In this document: positions 24,293 to 38,300 of the stretch, piece by piece
How the letters are laid out: each line of letters opens with the position of its first letter
Numbering within the stretch: the stretch's first letter is position 1
Source: Schizochytrium sp. TIO01
Taxonomy: Eukaryota; Protista; Bigyra: Labyrinthulomycetes
NCBI GenBank assembly: GCA_004764695.1
Contig: SMSO01000031.1
Location: 9,406,761 to 9,470,760 of the forward strand
Direction of reading: 5' to 3'
Length of the DNA stretch: 64,000 nucleotides
The notes under the pieces: model-generated
Database searches by the model: none
What the model saw: only the letters and a program-made list of their open reading frames with translations
Told to the model about the DNA's origin: nothing
Translations under genes and position numbers: made by a program

Positions 24293-27174
24293 GAAGGATT
24301 GGAGGATTGAATATAGTATGAGTGAATGAGCAAATAATGGACGGGGCCACAGTCGGCGCAGCAGAGGCCCTATTCCCCATCGCTCATGCTTTTGGGCTTT
24401 CTTCGGGTCGGATTCTGCCGCAGTTTCCCCGCGCATAAGAGGGTTTAAAGAAGAGACTTTAGCAGAATTTTCTGCGGTGGATTTCCAGTCATAGCCATCT
24501 ACTGTAGATGGACAGGGACATAAGTATTTCCTTATTAATGCTCATTAATGCCGCTCACTCAATGCAATGAAATACGGTTCGTTCGTAAAGAAATCGAAGA
24601 AAGCTCTGGTTTTATTCTTGATTACTCTTCTATATATATATACTCTCTGCAGACTCGGCGGGCGAAAGGTGATGTAGCAGGAGAACAGACTCGAGAAGCT
24701 GCTTCTACTCTAACCGAGGAAGGCCCAACTGAATGGATGACTGAGTGGATTGTGCTTAGGTAGGCGAACGAACTATCTCCTGAGTTATTTTAATCTTTAA
24801 AAAAGAAGAAGAAGAAGAACTTGAAAAAAGTATAAAAGTATAAAACAATTTTATGTCTCTTTTGTTGATATTATATGGATATATATGTATGTAGCAGAGG
24901 AAAGGGGAATGAACATTGACATGTGTTACGAAAAGTAAAGGAGAGAATTGGTTTTTAGATTATGTTGTGTATTTGTACAAAGAAGAACGAAGTTGTGGAT
25001 TTCCTCCCTCCCTCCCTGCCCTGCCTGCCTGCCTGCCTGCCTCCCTATGGCAAAGAACCAGACCTCAAGTTGGAGCAGCGACCGTCCAAGTCATTCTTCA
25101 TTCTGGTCCGGAGAAGGAGGGGAGACCGGGCGTTTCCTTCGCCCTTTGCCTCCGCAGGTGCACGCATCATACCACGCCAACTCAGAGCGATCTTCTTCAA
25201 GAGCCCGGTGGAAACCATCCATCCGAATTGAGTGAGTGAGCGCTAAATAAATCACGCCATCAGCTCACCTCACTGGGATTAGGGTCCAAGTCACCCCATC
25301 TGATTGATTGACTGATCGATCGATTGATCAAATGCGATGGTTTCCTTGAACAGGGGCCTTTCGGTGGAAACCTGCAAACATGCGGCTCGGAAAATAAACC
25401 AAACTGGAAAGACAAAGCCATGATGGAACGAAGAAAGGCAAAAGCTCTCAACGCAGGGGAGCTTCCCACCTAAAGATAAGCTACCCAGTAGTCACTCTGC
25501 TATCATCTATCTCTAGAGATGTGCGTATGGATGTGTCTATGTATGTGTCTATTATGATGTGTATGTGTATATGAGTACTTGCTTGAATGAGTGAATGAAT
25601 GAATGAATGAATGAATGAGTGAGTCAGCGGCTGTGGAAAAGGTTGCGACGACTGTTCTTCCCATCATCAGAAGAAAGGCTGACGATTCTCTCACGCTCTC
25701 ACGATCAACTTTGAGCTACGATCGCTTGCAGCCGCTGGGTAAGAAAGAAGTAAGTGCAGACTCGATCATCAGAATCAGAGAAAAGGGAGCGGCGCTTGGG
25801 CGCTCGAATCGAGGATGCTCGCGGCTCAAGCTGCTGCATTGATGAGACGTCTTCAAAAAGTGAGCGAGGATCAAATCAGGCAAGCGAAGCAAGCAATCAA
25901 ATGGTAAGGACGATCGAGCGAGTGCTGTGCGGAAAATGCAGCAGCAAGAGGCCCTCGATGGAGACTAGTAGAGATCTTAAACCTGGTGGTGGTGGTGGTG
26001 GTGGTGGTGGTGGGGTGGTGGTATTCATTGGCAATCGTTGTCCGTGGGAAATTTGGGTGCGAAGATGAGCTTAATAGTTGACACAAAATTTGCATGTCCT
26101 TGTTCAGGCAACCTTCCTCACAGGCTGGGAATCGTTAGAATCCACAAGCAAGAGCAAGCAAGCTCAACTTGAACTTCGTGAAGCGACTTGATCCTGACAA
26201 GATCTACGACTACCTAGGTACGTCCCGCCACTGCTGGCACATTTTTCGCAAGGAGGTTTCCTTTCAGAGCTAGCTAGCTCAGTCGCAAGGACGAGCAAGG
26301 CTTTCGTTATGATGTCGATTTGACCGGGAGCGAGCTAGCTAGCTAGCTAGCTAGCTTTTTGGTGTTCGAGAGGACTCGACTCTTACACAGCTCGGTTTCT
26401 TTAGTTTGAGGAGCCTCAGCGCTACTGAATGGATGAGCTGATTCGATGCGTCGAGCTGAGCTGTAACCTGTCTTGATTTCAAGTGGTCGAATGAATATCA
26501 TTGGCTGCCGACTCGAGGATCGCAGGAGCACCATACGTAACCCTAAGATCCATGGAAATGAAACTTTGATCTGATGTGACCTGCTGGAGGCTGTGCTCTA
26601 CTACCAGTTACGGTGGTCTGTGTGGTCTACTCCTTCGTTGCATTGCCTTGATAAGTGTAATGTCATTCGCGCACTTCGTCATCATCGCCATCATCGTCGA
26701 AGCCATGCTGGTCACGAGGTCGCCTCCAAAAGCAATTCCTTCGCTTGGAGGAAGAGGGAAGTGAACGCGCTCGAACTCGCTCTGTCTATAGCTAAAGAGG
26801 ATTTTCCAGTCTTCTTGGTCTCTCAAGTTTCTCAAGTTTCTCGTTTCTCACTTCCCGTCGTCTAACTCGTCCGAGTCGTCGTCCGCCGCAACCTGAGATC
26901 GAAGAGAGAGAGAGAGAACTCGATACTCTGGAGGTCAGGCCAGATCAGATCAGATCAAACTGGAATGGAATGTAGTCGAAGTGATTCCAGCTGGAGGTTG
27001 AAGAGGAATGGGTACAAGGAAGATAGGCTCTGCAGCAGCTCGAAAACCACCGTTGTTAAGAAGAGAGAGGTGCAAGGCGCACGCCGCGTTCTCGACCCTC
27101 TCCAGTCAGACGGCGACTCAGCCAGCCAGCCAGCGAGCCAATCAGCCAACCAATCAGCAACTAATCAAGCACAC

Positions 27175-27175
<1 letters not shown>

Positions 27176-27220
<45 letters not shown>
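27176..27220. repeat. (CAG)n trinucleotide repeat
   Basis: Read directly from the sequence. Confidence 0.95.
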
Positions 27221-30200
27221 TGGGCGTCTAGCAGACAGATAGATAACCAGATCAATACACTCGCTCCTGCGTCTGCGGGATTTGACGCGCTGCTGAAGAG
27301 CGGCTTCTTCAGGCCCTTCCCGTACAGGTCCTCCCCCTTCAAGCCATTCTCCTTCATGATTTGATAGTCCTCACAGCTTCGAAATTCAAACTTAAATTTA
27401 AACCCAAATTCAAAAATTTCAAATTCAATTCTCCTCTCTTCAAGAAACAGTTTCAAAAGTTCTACCATCCTGAAAACGAAACGATCTAAGCACATGGCTA
27501 GCTAGCTGCAGTTAGGCACCTAGCTAGCTAGCATATACACATACACATACATATATAGCAACTCTCTGTTGACCCCTAGCAAAGAGTAGCCACCCATAGT
27601 TCGCGCCTTTCGATTCAACAGCCGAAAAGAATATGCTGCCGTGGGAGAAAGAAGATCGAAGGCACGCAAGAACCGCATGGATCGGCGGCCATTGCCCCTG
27701 GGCGATGGAGCGTGGCTTCGTTCGAGTTTGCGGAGGCTCAGTGAGCGAGCGGCTGGGCGGACGTGAGGATGGATGGACGCATAAAGCAGGGCCTGCGCCC
27801 TTCTTGGGGGAGTGGCGCTGTCTAAGGCAGCGATGGATGGTACGACGCTGCCTCGGAAATTAAACCGTCTTGCGAGCTCTGCGCACTGTTTTTTACAAAC
27901 AGGCTTTGACTTTGGTGTGATTTTTGTTTACTACTTTATTATCTTTTTGCTATCCGGTCTTCGAGTTTTTTTTTCTTATTTTCTTTTTTTTTTCTTTTTT
28001 TCTTTTTAAATCTAAGCTAAATGATGATGTGCTATTTGGACTCTCTGCTAAACAGCGTTTTAAAGGTATGTACGAATCTCCATTTCTTTTTCTTTTCTTT
28101 TTTTTACTCTGCATCATCACTTTTTTTATCTTAGTGGGAGAGAAAGGATAGTGGTGTTTTGTTTTCCTGTTGTTAAAGTGAATACCGTAAAAGGGAGAAA
28201 GAGAGACATCTTGAAGGACCTTCATGTTGTCCAAAGTCACACTTTTCCTTGATTCCTTTCACAAATAGCAATAATAATGTGACGATAATAATTCTATTCT
28301 AAACTTTAAATACTTTTTATGCAAAAAGATCTTAAAGTATTTACTTTAATTTTAATTTAATTTATATTTTGGAATAAGATGTTCTGATAAATTATTAGAA
28401 TGTGAAAGGTGTTCGTTCGCTCTTTTACTCTCATCGCACGAATTGCAGCATAAAATTTTAAACTTTTGTATAATAATATCATATCATACATTTGCGGTGG
28501 TAGAAAGGCAATCGGAAAATGTGAAAGAGAGCCCAATTATGTACCCACGTACCCCAACAGAACAAAGAAGAAGACCTGTCATTCGTCCATTTCGCAGCGG
28601 CATTTCCTGGAAAGGGAACAATGCGCAAACGAACGACATCTTCGTTTCCAATCAATCAATGCATCAATGCATCGATCAATCAATCAATCAATCAATCAAA
28701 TAAAACTACCTTTGCGGCTCTAATGGATAAGGACTACCTGTGTACCGCCCCATGATACGCCTGTAAATACCCGGCAGATTGAAATAAATAATGCAGGTCG
28801 CCAAAAACTCAGCCCCCAGAAGATTGATCAATAGATACACAGATACACAGATACACAGATACACAGATACACAGATACGCACGCGTCAAACCTTGCGGCA
28901 GATTGGCCAGTTCACGCGTGCGCAGACGCGTCGACCGATCTCGAACTCAGCCGAAGCAAAGGATATCTTGAACTATAAACGATGAGGAGGTCGTTACAAA
29001 GGCGCGGAGATATGCGCCAAACTAACCAACTAACTAACTAACAATCTAATAACTGTCTAACTCACTGCAATATGGGGCGCACACTCAAACAGCAGCAGCA
29101 GCAGAAGGGCTGAGATTGCGCGAACAGGTCGACCAATACCTGCGTAAGCGTAGAGGGGATGAGGCGCCGGAGGATTGGAGAGGCAGGCAGGCCAAGCATG
29201 AGTGGCCGGGATGCAGAGGGCGGATCCTGGGCGCCCTCCGCGGGGAAGGAGCAGGCGAGCGAAGCTGTCAAAAGGCTTCGTTTTAGTCGGCAGGATTCAG
29301 CCCGATTCTGGGCCCCCTAGATCCTTTCAACTTTTTATTTACTTTCTATTGATTCATTTTGGCTTTTGTTAATAATATTAGCTCTATGTGGTATATTGAC
29401 GTATGGAGGCTTTTAATTAAAAAGTATTTAGTAAACAACAAACGAAGGAACAAAGGAACAAAGAAAAACAAAGCAAATGGGAGGGATAAAGTGTTAGCTT
29501 AGTCAGTTTCTCTAGTGGTCTGTCTTTCAACGACGCGCCGATTTGAAAAGAAATATCGATCCTTCAATTTTAATTTTAATTGAGGTTTCCTATCTTCAAA
29601 CAAGATGGAAGCTGTGACACATTCAGGCGAAGCATTATAAAATCTACAATTCAACCTCCGCGAGCGAATGCATGGTGCGTAAGGAGCCAATAAACTCAAG
29701 CAGATTGGCCGACCAACAGGTTCGCAGCTTGACTGACTGACTGACTGACTGACTGACTGACTTTTGTTCTCTGTTCCCTCTCCCTCTCTCCTTGCGCAGA
29801 AAGACAGACTTCTTTAGAAAGACTTCTCAGAAAGAAGGCCCCAGACTGTCTGGCATCACCGTGGGGCCCTGAAGTTCAGACCTTGCCCCCAACTAACTAA
29901 CACCTAACCAACCTGACAACTAATAACTAACAACTAACTAGCTTCTGTTAGTTGGGTGGACTGCAACTTCGGTTGGTTAGTTTTATAAACTACCTACGTT
30001 GTACCTAGGTAGGTAGGTAGTGCTAGGCACCTCCTACGCTCAGAGCCTTTGTATGCATCTGTATCCAAATGATGGTTCATTCTGATCATTCACGAATAAC
30101 CAACCATCGACGCCGCACGCACTCATGAATCACTCGGGCATCGATCGAGGCACTCTGTGCACGAAGGCTCGAACAGCAGCCGCTACCAAGCCAACCTTGA

Positions 30201-31949
30201 GCTCGAAGCTGCTGGAGAAGAACTCGAGCTGGAGGCAGGCAGGGTGGGTCTCCACAAACGATGGAGCGGATCTCGACAGAACCTAAACTTCGCCTTTGCG
30301 CAACACTCACGCAAACTCCTCCTCACGCGCACACGATCTCTTTGGCGCCGTCTTCGACTTATTATCCGCGCCCATTGGTCTCTGCTGTGAAGGTCTGAGT
30401 GTTGTACCTCTCGCTTTGCGGTGAGTGTTGTCTTGAAAGTCGACGGCCAACTCCATCCATCCATCCCTTAATTCATTGACATCCTTTTGCACTGCGCTTG
30501 AAGAAGATGGCAGTGGAGATCGCAGTCCTCGTTCTTACTGATCGACTCACTGATTGATTCATTCACTCACTCGTTCGCGAATCCGCCATCTATGAATGAA
30601 GGATCTAAGTTGGTTGACCTCGAAGTCGAACTTGAAGAAGCAAGCCCTTGAAAGATGCGCGGTCGACGTCGAGATTGGTTCCGAGCGTAGGAACCGCCTC
30701 TTCTTCGACCCTCTTTTTCACAGTCTCTCTTTCTTTCTTTCTTTCTTTCCTTCTTTCGCTTATTGTATGCATGCATATACGTGTGTATGTGTGTTATTCT
30801 TCTTTGTTTATTATTGTTGTTTATTTGTTTGTTTGTTTATTTGTTTGTTTGTTTCTGTTGGGCCGAGGTCGCAATGGTCGACGGTCTGCGACGAAAGGGC
30901 CATTTGGCGGAGTCTCGACCGAACTTGAGGACTTCGAGGTCAGGCGTCGATCCTAATGGCAGACCATCAAGAGTGAGTGGCTTTTGCACGGGAGGAGCTC
31001 ATTCAGCTTCAGGGTGAGCGGAGACGACGTTGCGAAGACGGCCTTCGAGTCCGATCGATCTGCGAAAGTATCGACGATCGATCGATCGATCGATGACTCA
31101 ATGATGGTTGGTTCGGAAAGAACCTGGAACCTTTGGGCCCTAAACAAGCAACTCTTGAAAAGAAGACACCTAAACAAAGGCGGTACTTGGTCAGCCGTTA
31201 GTTTATTGGCCTAGTATGGAAAAAGCTTTGGAGAAAGAGGAAAAATGAAAAAGAACAAGAAAGCTCTCACTTTGACCGACGGACCTCCTTTTGCTAATGG
31301 AGTGAGGACTACGGGCTTCTCCTCAACCCTTCTTCTCCATTCGCTTCTTGGGGAGAAAGTAAGGTCTCTTTCGTATTTTGGATTACAAAAATCCTACTGA
31401 GCCGGACTTGAACAAACTTTATTTTCTTGGTTGTTATTATTTTTTATTGTTTTAATAAATAGTTTCAATATTGTACTTTATTATTACATGTTTCTTTACT
31501 TTTTAATTTTGTAAGAACACAGAATATTAAAATCCCAATGGCTCTTCTGTTAACTGACTTACCGAATCGCTTGGATCATCTTTTTAAAGTGCTTACTTAT
31601 TTGCAGGCATGGCCGCAGCGGTGGCCTCCAAACTGTTCTCGAGGAAGGCCTGGGCTTATAATGAATGGATGAATGCCTTGGCCTCCGTTCTCTCTCTCTC
31701 TCTCTCTCATATGCCTGCCTCCTGCCGAGTCACGCGTGATCCTCAAGTTGCACAAACTCGAACCTCCATGAATCAATCATCTCTTTGGACTTACCTCGAA
31801 AGCTGATGCTTAACAAACAAACAAACAAACAACAAATTCAATTAAATCCAATTACATTCAATAATCATAAACCCACCCCTGCAGAGTCTGATGGCTGAGG
31901 GTCCCGAACATACTCCAGGCAGAGAGCAGGGTAGTGAGGAAATAAGTTC

Positions 31950-32875
31950 ATCCATCCATTCATCCATTCATCCATTCATCCATTCACCCATTCATTCATT
32001 CATTCATTCATTCATTCATTCATTCATTCATTCATTCATTCATTCATTCATTCGTTCATTCGTTTTCATTCGTTTGTTCGTGCGTTTACGTATTTACGTA
32101 TTTACGTATTTCTGTATTTATTTGTTTGTCTGTTTATTTACTTAGTTAGTTACTTACTTTCTTTCTTACTTATTTGCAACAGGTAGAACTCGTTTCTTCT
32201 TATTCGAAATATCTAATTAAATCTCGGCCTGGGTCAAGCCCGTCGAGGCTGACTCGAAGCGCCCTCCCGACTACTCGTTCGCGCAGTGTGCTCAGCTTGT
32301 TCCAACCTAACATTCAAAAAATCAAAGAAACAAAAGAAACAAAAGAAATAAATAAACAAACAAACAAACAAACAAACAAACAAACAAACAAACAAACAAA
32401 CAAACAAACAAACAAACAAACCAAACAAACAAACAAACCAACCAAACAAACCAAACAAAAGCCACCGTTGACTACCCTCCTAGCTAGCAGTCCCTAGTGC
32501 ACGCCGCGCTGTCCGTGTCTGCGAAGCCATTCGATAAACGCGAATTTTGCGAAAAATGATGGATGGGAATCCAATCCTTCGCTCCTCTTCGAAGCAGGCG
32601 GCTAGAAGCACATGACTGACTGACCGGCTGACTGACTGCATGACTGATTGATTATCCGGCTGATCGGTGGGTTTATTTAGTGGTCAGCGTCCTCTTCAAT
32701 CCCCGCTTCTTCGAACGACCTCGAAGGGAAACGAACATAGGTGTCGTTATTTATTTATCGTCAACATTCGCAAATTACAACCTAACGGGAAAACGACACA
32801 TTCATTCATTCATTCATTCATTCATTCATTCATTCATTCATTCATTCATTCTTTCATTCATTCACTCATTCATTT
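31950..32875. repeat. Microsatellite cluster: (ATCC/ATTC)n 31950-32060, (AAAC)n 32350-32460, (ATTC)n 32799-32875
   Basis: Read directly from the sequence. Confidence 0.92.
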
Positions 32876-34671
32876 TCAGGCCTCCAAGAAAGAATGAGCG
32901 GAGGGAAAAAGAAAGCGCCCCACGGTAAGACCCGCCTACCCCGCGCTAGCCCCTACGACACTACCCGAAAAGCTATGTATCACTAGCAGCAGCTTTGACC
33001 CTGGTTCCTCATCGGGTACCTCTAATCACAGCTACGGAAGCACTAGGAGCTATCCTTCCAATCGCCAGGCTTGCTTGCCGAGGCTAGTAGTCAGCTACCC
33101 AATCAGTAGTGCTGCGGATTTCAATCAAACTCGAAAACTTCGACTTTGCAAAGTTTTCTCTCTAAAAGTTTTCAATGGGACAGATATTAGGAGTCTTCTG
33201 TACCTACCTACTGCCTTCCTTCTCACTACGTGCTCCCATGTTCCATGTTGGATCGAAGTGACAGAGTGAGTTTGTTTGTTTGTTTGAGTGAGTGAGTGAG
33301 TGAGTGAGAGATTTCAAAGAAAGAGTTTTCGATCGAAGCGATCCTCAAAGAAGAGGCCGATTCATGAGCCGCCCAAAGAAAGGGGAAAACCAAAGAGAAT
33401 GACTGTCACGGCTCCGCCAAAGGTGGCGGATAGAGGGATAGAGAGAGAGAGATACGTACATACGTGCGTACGCAGGCCTTCGGAGAGCGAGTCGAAGTTT
33501 GTGTGTGCCTTCTGCGACGTGGTTGATGATGAAACTGACTGATTGATTGATCGTTTTGTACCAACGCAGATGTCGCTATGTTTGGTAGACATTGTTTCGT
33601 TTGTTTGACTGTTTGTTTGTCTGTTTGTTTGTCTGTTTGTTTGTCTGTTTGCACAAGGAATTTGGTTTCTCCTATTCACGCCATAATACTTCGCAGGCAG
33701 CTCCGATGGTACTTTCAACTTGAGAGGAGATGAGCACGGCTGCCGCATCTATATTAAAGAGCGGTGACATTGAGGATGCTCCGCCTCCCAGCCTGCTACT
33801 AAAACCCCTATCAAAGAAACCCAGCACGCGCGGGTCCCGTATATCGGCGCCATAACACCTTTCTTCCAACTGTCGCGACGACTGCGCTGTCGCCTTGCGA
33901 CTAGACAGCTGGACGGGGTGCACTGTGGGTAGCTGGGGGAAGTTCTTTTTAGAGGCGGAGCGGAGCATCTGGTGTCCATAGAGGGGGCGAGGACAGTGGG
34001 GAACTAGTAAATGTGTCTCTCGTCCTCAAGTGGGGATGCCAACATATCTTCTTTCTCTTGTATATGAATGATGAGATGAACTCTGGAAAAGCACGTTTTG
34101 TTTTGATTTGAAATAATAAAAACACATCAACTAGCATTAAACAAACCAACTTTTATTGAAGTAAGTAATGAACGAATGAATATTATACCTACTTTTCATT
34201 TCATTTCGTCTTGTTTTGTTTTAATAATTTAAAAAAAAAAAAAAAACAATTTCAACTAAATCAGTTTGTGTTTATATTAAAAATAGGCCAACCTTTCTTT
34301 AAATTAAAGACATGTTTGAAAGAAAAACAATAAAATAAAAATCCTACGGGTTGACCCGTATACAGAAAGTCACAGTTAAAGATAAAAATGTTTTGTTTAA
34401 TAAAAATGTTTCGGAAAAGCATTCTAAAAGCAGAGTGAAAAGCGTTTTATTTACCTACGAAAGGCCACAGAGACCGATTGCGATGTCGTCGTTGAAGCGA
34501 TCTGTGCGTTTGAAGGATTTGACGACCTCTGAGGTCTCTCTTTCTGCCTTTGCCACAAAGAAGGTGCATCTTCGAATTAATTCGATACGAATGAACTAAA
34601 TTGATGCAAGAGAAACAAACAGCTTACTTACTACTCTAACATTTAGATGAAAATACAAACTAAATACGCCA

Positions 34672-34755
34672 TGAACGAACGAACGAACGAACGAACGAAT
34701 GAATGAATGAATGAATGAATGAATGAATGAATGAATGAATGAATGAATGAATGAA
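34672..34755. repeat. (GAAC)n(GAAT)n microsatellite
   Basis: Read directly from the sequence. Confidence 0.95.
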
Positions 34756-35304
34756 TAGACATGAAAGAAGAAGCGAAAGCTGAAGAGGCTCTGGCGAAAG
34801 GCTCTCCTTCCTTCCACCCTCCCTTTGCAAGTAAGAAATCAACTACAATGGGCTGAGGTCGGGGAGCTTCTCCAGGCCCCTCAAAAATTCCAGCAGCAGA
34901 GAACACACAAAACGTGCGAGTGCTGTGCTGTTTCTTTGTCGAAAACCCTGCGAAAGAGAGCTTTGAGCAGCTGTCTGCGGTCTCCAACATCTCCCATAAA
35001 GAGAGTATTTCACAGCTTGCGAAAGGTGTTGTTGAATGCATGCATGAAAGAATGAAGGAATGAAAGAATGAATGAAGGAGACGCTGTACTAATAAGTGCT
35101 TGCAGGCTCCTTTCTCTTCTTTTCCATTAAAATTGTAAAGCACAAGGATGATAAATTAACTTTCTCTTTTTCCTCTTTAAATAAATAAATAAGTAAAAAG
35201 AATAACCAATAAGAGCTTTGAAAATGAAAGTAAAGAAAGAAGAAGAAGAAGCGAGAAGTGATGAAAGAAAGAAAGAAAGCATGAGGCTCATTAGTTTCCT
35301 AAAG

Positions 35305-35372
35305 CTTTCTTTCTCTTCTTTCTCTTCTTTCTCTTCTTTCTCTTCTTTCTCTTCTTTCTCTTCTTTCTCTCC
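35305..35372. repeat. (TTCTCTTCT)n 9-mer pyrimidine repeat
   Basis: Read directly; ends in CTCTTGCAG. Confidence 0.9.
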
Positions 35373-38300
35373 TCTTGCAGATTAGCACAGTACATCGGTC
35401 TGTTAGGCAGTCGGAATTTCGTTCGGGGTGGGATCGAGCAGGATCTCACTCCGCTCGAAGCCATAAAAGTCTGAAACCCGCAACCTTAGCTCAGGGCCGA
35501 TCGCTTTGCCTGTTTAACTTACTTTTCAGGCCAAAACTGAGCGATTGACGACGTTTTCCTCTCCTCCGCTTCGAGTTTGGCAGTTAGAGTGCATCTCAAT
35601 CAATCAATCAATCAATCAATCACGTTCAACCACATTCAATCGCATTCAATCGCATTCAATCACAGTCAATCATATTTTCACTAAAATCCAATCAATCAGT
35701 CAATCACAGTGAATGCAGAAAAGGCAAATGAAACGAGGCTGTTCCGAATGGGCCTTTGAGAAGAACGAAGAGAAACGTTGCAATGAATGCGTTCCTTCCC
35801 GCTTAGTCGACCTCTCTGCTGCGGTCTCTCTGTTCTCTCTGCTGCGGTCTCTCTGTTCTCTCTGTTCTCTCTGTTTGTGAGGGAGTTCGCAGTAGGAATC
35901 CTAAGTGGAATTGAGAGTGCTCATCGACTTTGCTGAGCAGAAATTTGAATTCGATTCGGCGACGAGAAGGCAACAAACCTCTGAAGAAGGCGCGCAAGAA
36001 CGGCATCCGCACCACTGCGCGCAGGACGGGCGCAGGCTGCGTGGCGCTGGCTAGCTGGACGTCTGCGTGGAGACCGAGCCGGTGGGATGCACGCATGAAT
36101 TAATTGCCGCGGGATGAATGCATCATCGAAATTGGTTGATGGGACGCGGCGCCTTGAATTCATTTGAATTCATGAATTCGTATCCCAATTCCGTCGCGCA
36201 GGTCTTCTGGCTTGGCGAGGAGGACGAAGGAAAGCGCAGTGTGCTCGCTCTCTCTACATCTCTCTCTCTAGTCAACGCCGCGGGCGCGGGAGCAGCAGCG
36301 GACCTGACGGTCTCTTGGGATTCTAAATCGAGGATGATCAACTTGAACGGCTTGCCGTCGTGCGGCGATGGGAGCCGGCGGATGCAGACAGACGGCATTT
36401 GGCCAATCAAAGCTGTGCAAATTGGGATTTATCAGAAGCCATGCTCAGAATCTCAATGTCCCATGATGCTGAGTTGACTGCCTGCAGGGGAATTGGAATG
36501 CATGAATGCATGAATGAAGGTCCAAGATATCCTGCCGGTTGTGCTTGGACCGATTGGTTGATAAATGGCAATCGATAAGCCGCTCGACAGAAGATCTCTC
36601 AAAGTCAGCCATCTTTGATAGCTGTTGCGTGTATGTATGTATGCGTCTACGCATGTGCCATTTCGTGAACCAAGGGATCATTATCACGGATGCCATTCGG
36701 CGCAAGTTCAATTTCAACTTCGCTCGCTTGCACTAGCTGTGGTTTTGCTCCTAGATAGACAGGAAACAGTACAAAAGCCGCGCTTTGCCATCAAGCTTTT
36801 GAGACGAATGATCTGGATCGCGGTCGGAAATGATACCTCCAGGGATACGAAGATCTTGGTGAAATCGACTGCTTCATCGACGAGCAGGAGATACAATAGC
36901 ATTTGAAGCGGTATGCAGTACCCCTATTTGTGCTTGTGGCCGCCCCCTTAAGAGATTAGTATCATTGAACGGTTTTTCGGCACTGCCAAATCATCGCTTC
37001 CCTGTAATAGAACTCCCTGTAATAGAATCGACGCTGCTCATCGGAAGAAAGACCTTTTGACGTTTATCCTCTTTTCTTAGTCCTTTGCTTTAGTTTGCCT
37101 TCGCGTTGTCCTTTGCCAATGATTGGATTCCTCCCTACTACTTTATAAAATTGGGCTTTGCAAAACCTGTAAAGAGATTTGGCGATTTGCAGTTGGAATG
37201 TTTTCTGATAAGTGCCTCTGCTTCGGTATGATGTATGATTGTTTATTTTTTATTTTGCTTGTTAACCGGACGGCAATCTTTATGACAGAAAGGAATGAAT
37301 TGTTTTCGCAATTGAGCAGCGGTTGAAGAGCGCAGATTCTCCGAGATCGAAAACAAATGAATCAAAGTGCGACTTCCCCTGCGAACAAAGCTTTACTTAT
37401 TGCTCTGAGGATATTTCGGGTTTCCATGTGCCTTTACGTCGTTGTTCAATATGTTGAATCTCCTTCGCGTGTCGCGCAGTCGCTGTAAACAAGCTCCTCC
37501 TCTAAAAAACAAAAATTGAAATTAAAAGTATATTGAAATAAATAAATAATGAAGGTCTTCTGTTTTAGGAAAGCTTGAAATGCAACACAACCAGGAGTGT
37601 CGTTATGGAGGTATTTACTCACTTTCTGACTTTCCCACTGACTGACTCATTTGTTTATTCATTCATTCATCCGCTCATTCATCCGTTTGTTTGTTTGTTT
37701 GATTGTTTGTTTGTTTGTTTGTTTATTAATTGACCCTCAATCCACCGCACGCGACCTTTTCTGAGTGGAGCTTCTGTTGTGCCTCTGCCTATTATGTAAA
37801 GTCAACTCTTTCCTTTGCACTATCGCGGAGGCCTCGAAAGCTCGTCGTCTCAGACCGAAAGAGTTTAGGGGATGATCTGTTACATCTCGTAATATGCTCT
37901 GGCGCCCTGTCCTCCGATCGGTCGATGGATCGAGTGTTCGAGTGTTCGATTGTTCGATTGGTTGGTTGATCGATTGATCGACTGATCGATTGGTTGGTTG
38001 GTTGGATCCCTTCAGAAATCCGCTTCTTTATTCCCTGTTTTGCAAACACAGATGTATCGTATGTAAATAAATAAATAAGCAAATCAATAAATACCTATAA
38101 ATACCTATAAATACCTATATACCTTCTTCGAAGGCGGTGCACACTGTCGCACAACGCTACGCTACGCTTCGATCGCTCCTGTGCCGTGGCATGTGCTGTG
38201 CGTACCTCCGTCTCAAGAGGCGATTGTCGCAGGCGGCTCTGCGAAGCGCCGTATGGTCATGCATCAGAGCGACTCAGAGCGGTTTGTGACATTGATGGAT

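Noticed and set aside
36998-37028. ~16-bp tandem duplication (TCCCTGTAATAGAA x2) as a target-site duplication
   Set aside because: No intervening element; simple slippage is sufficient.
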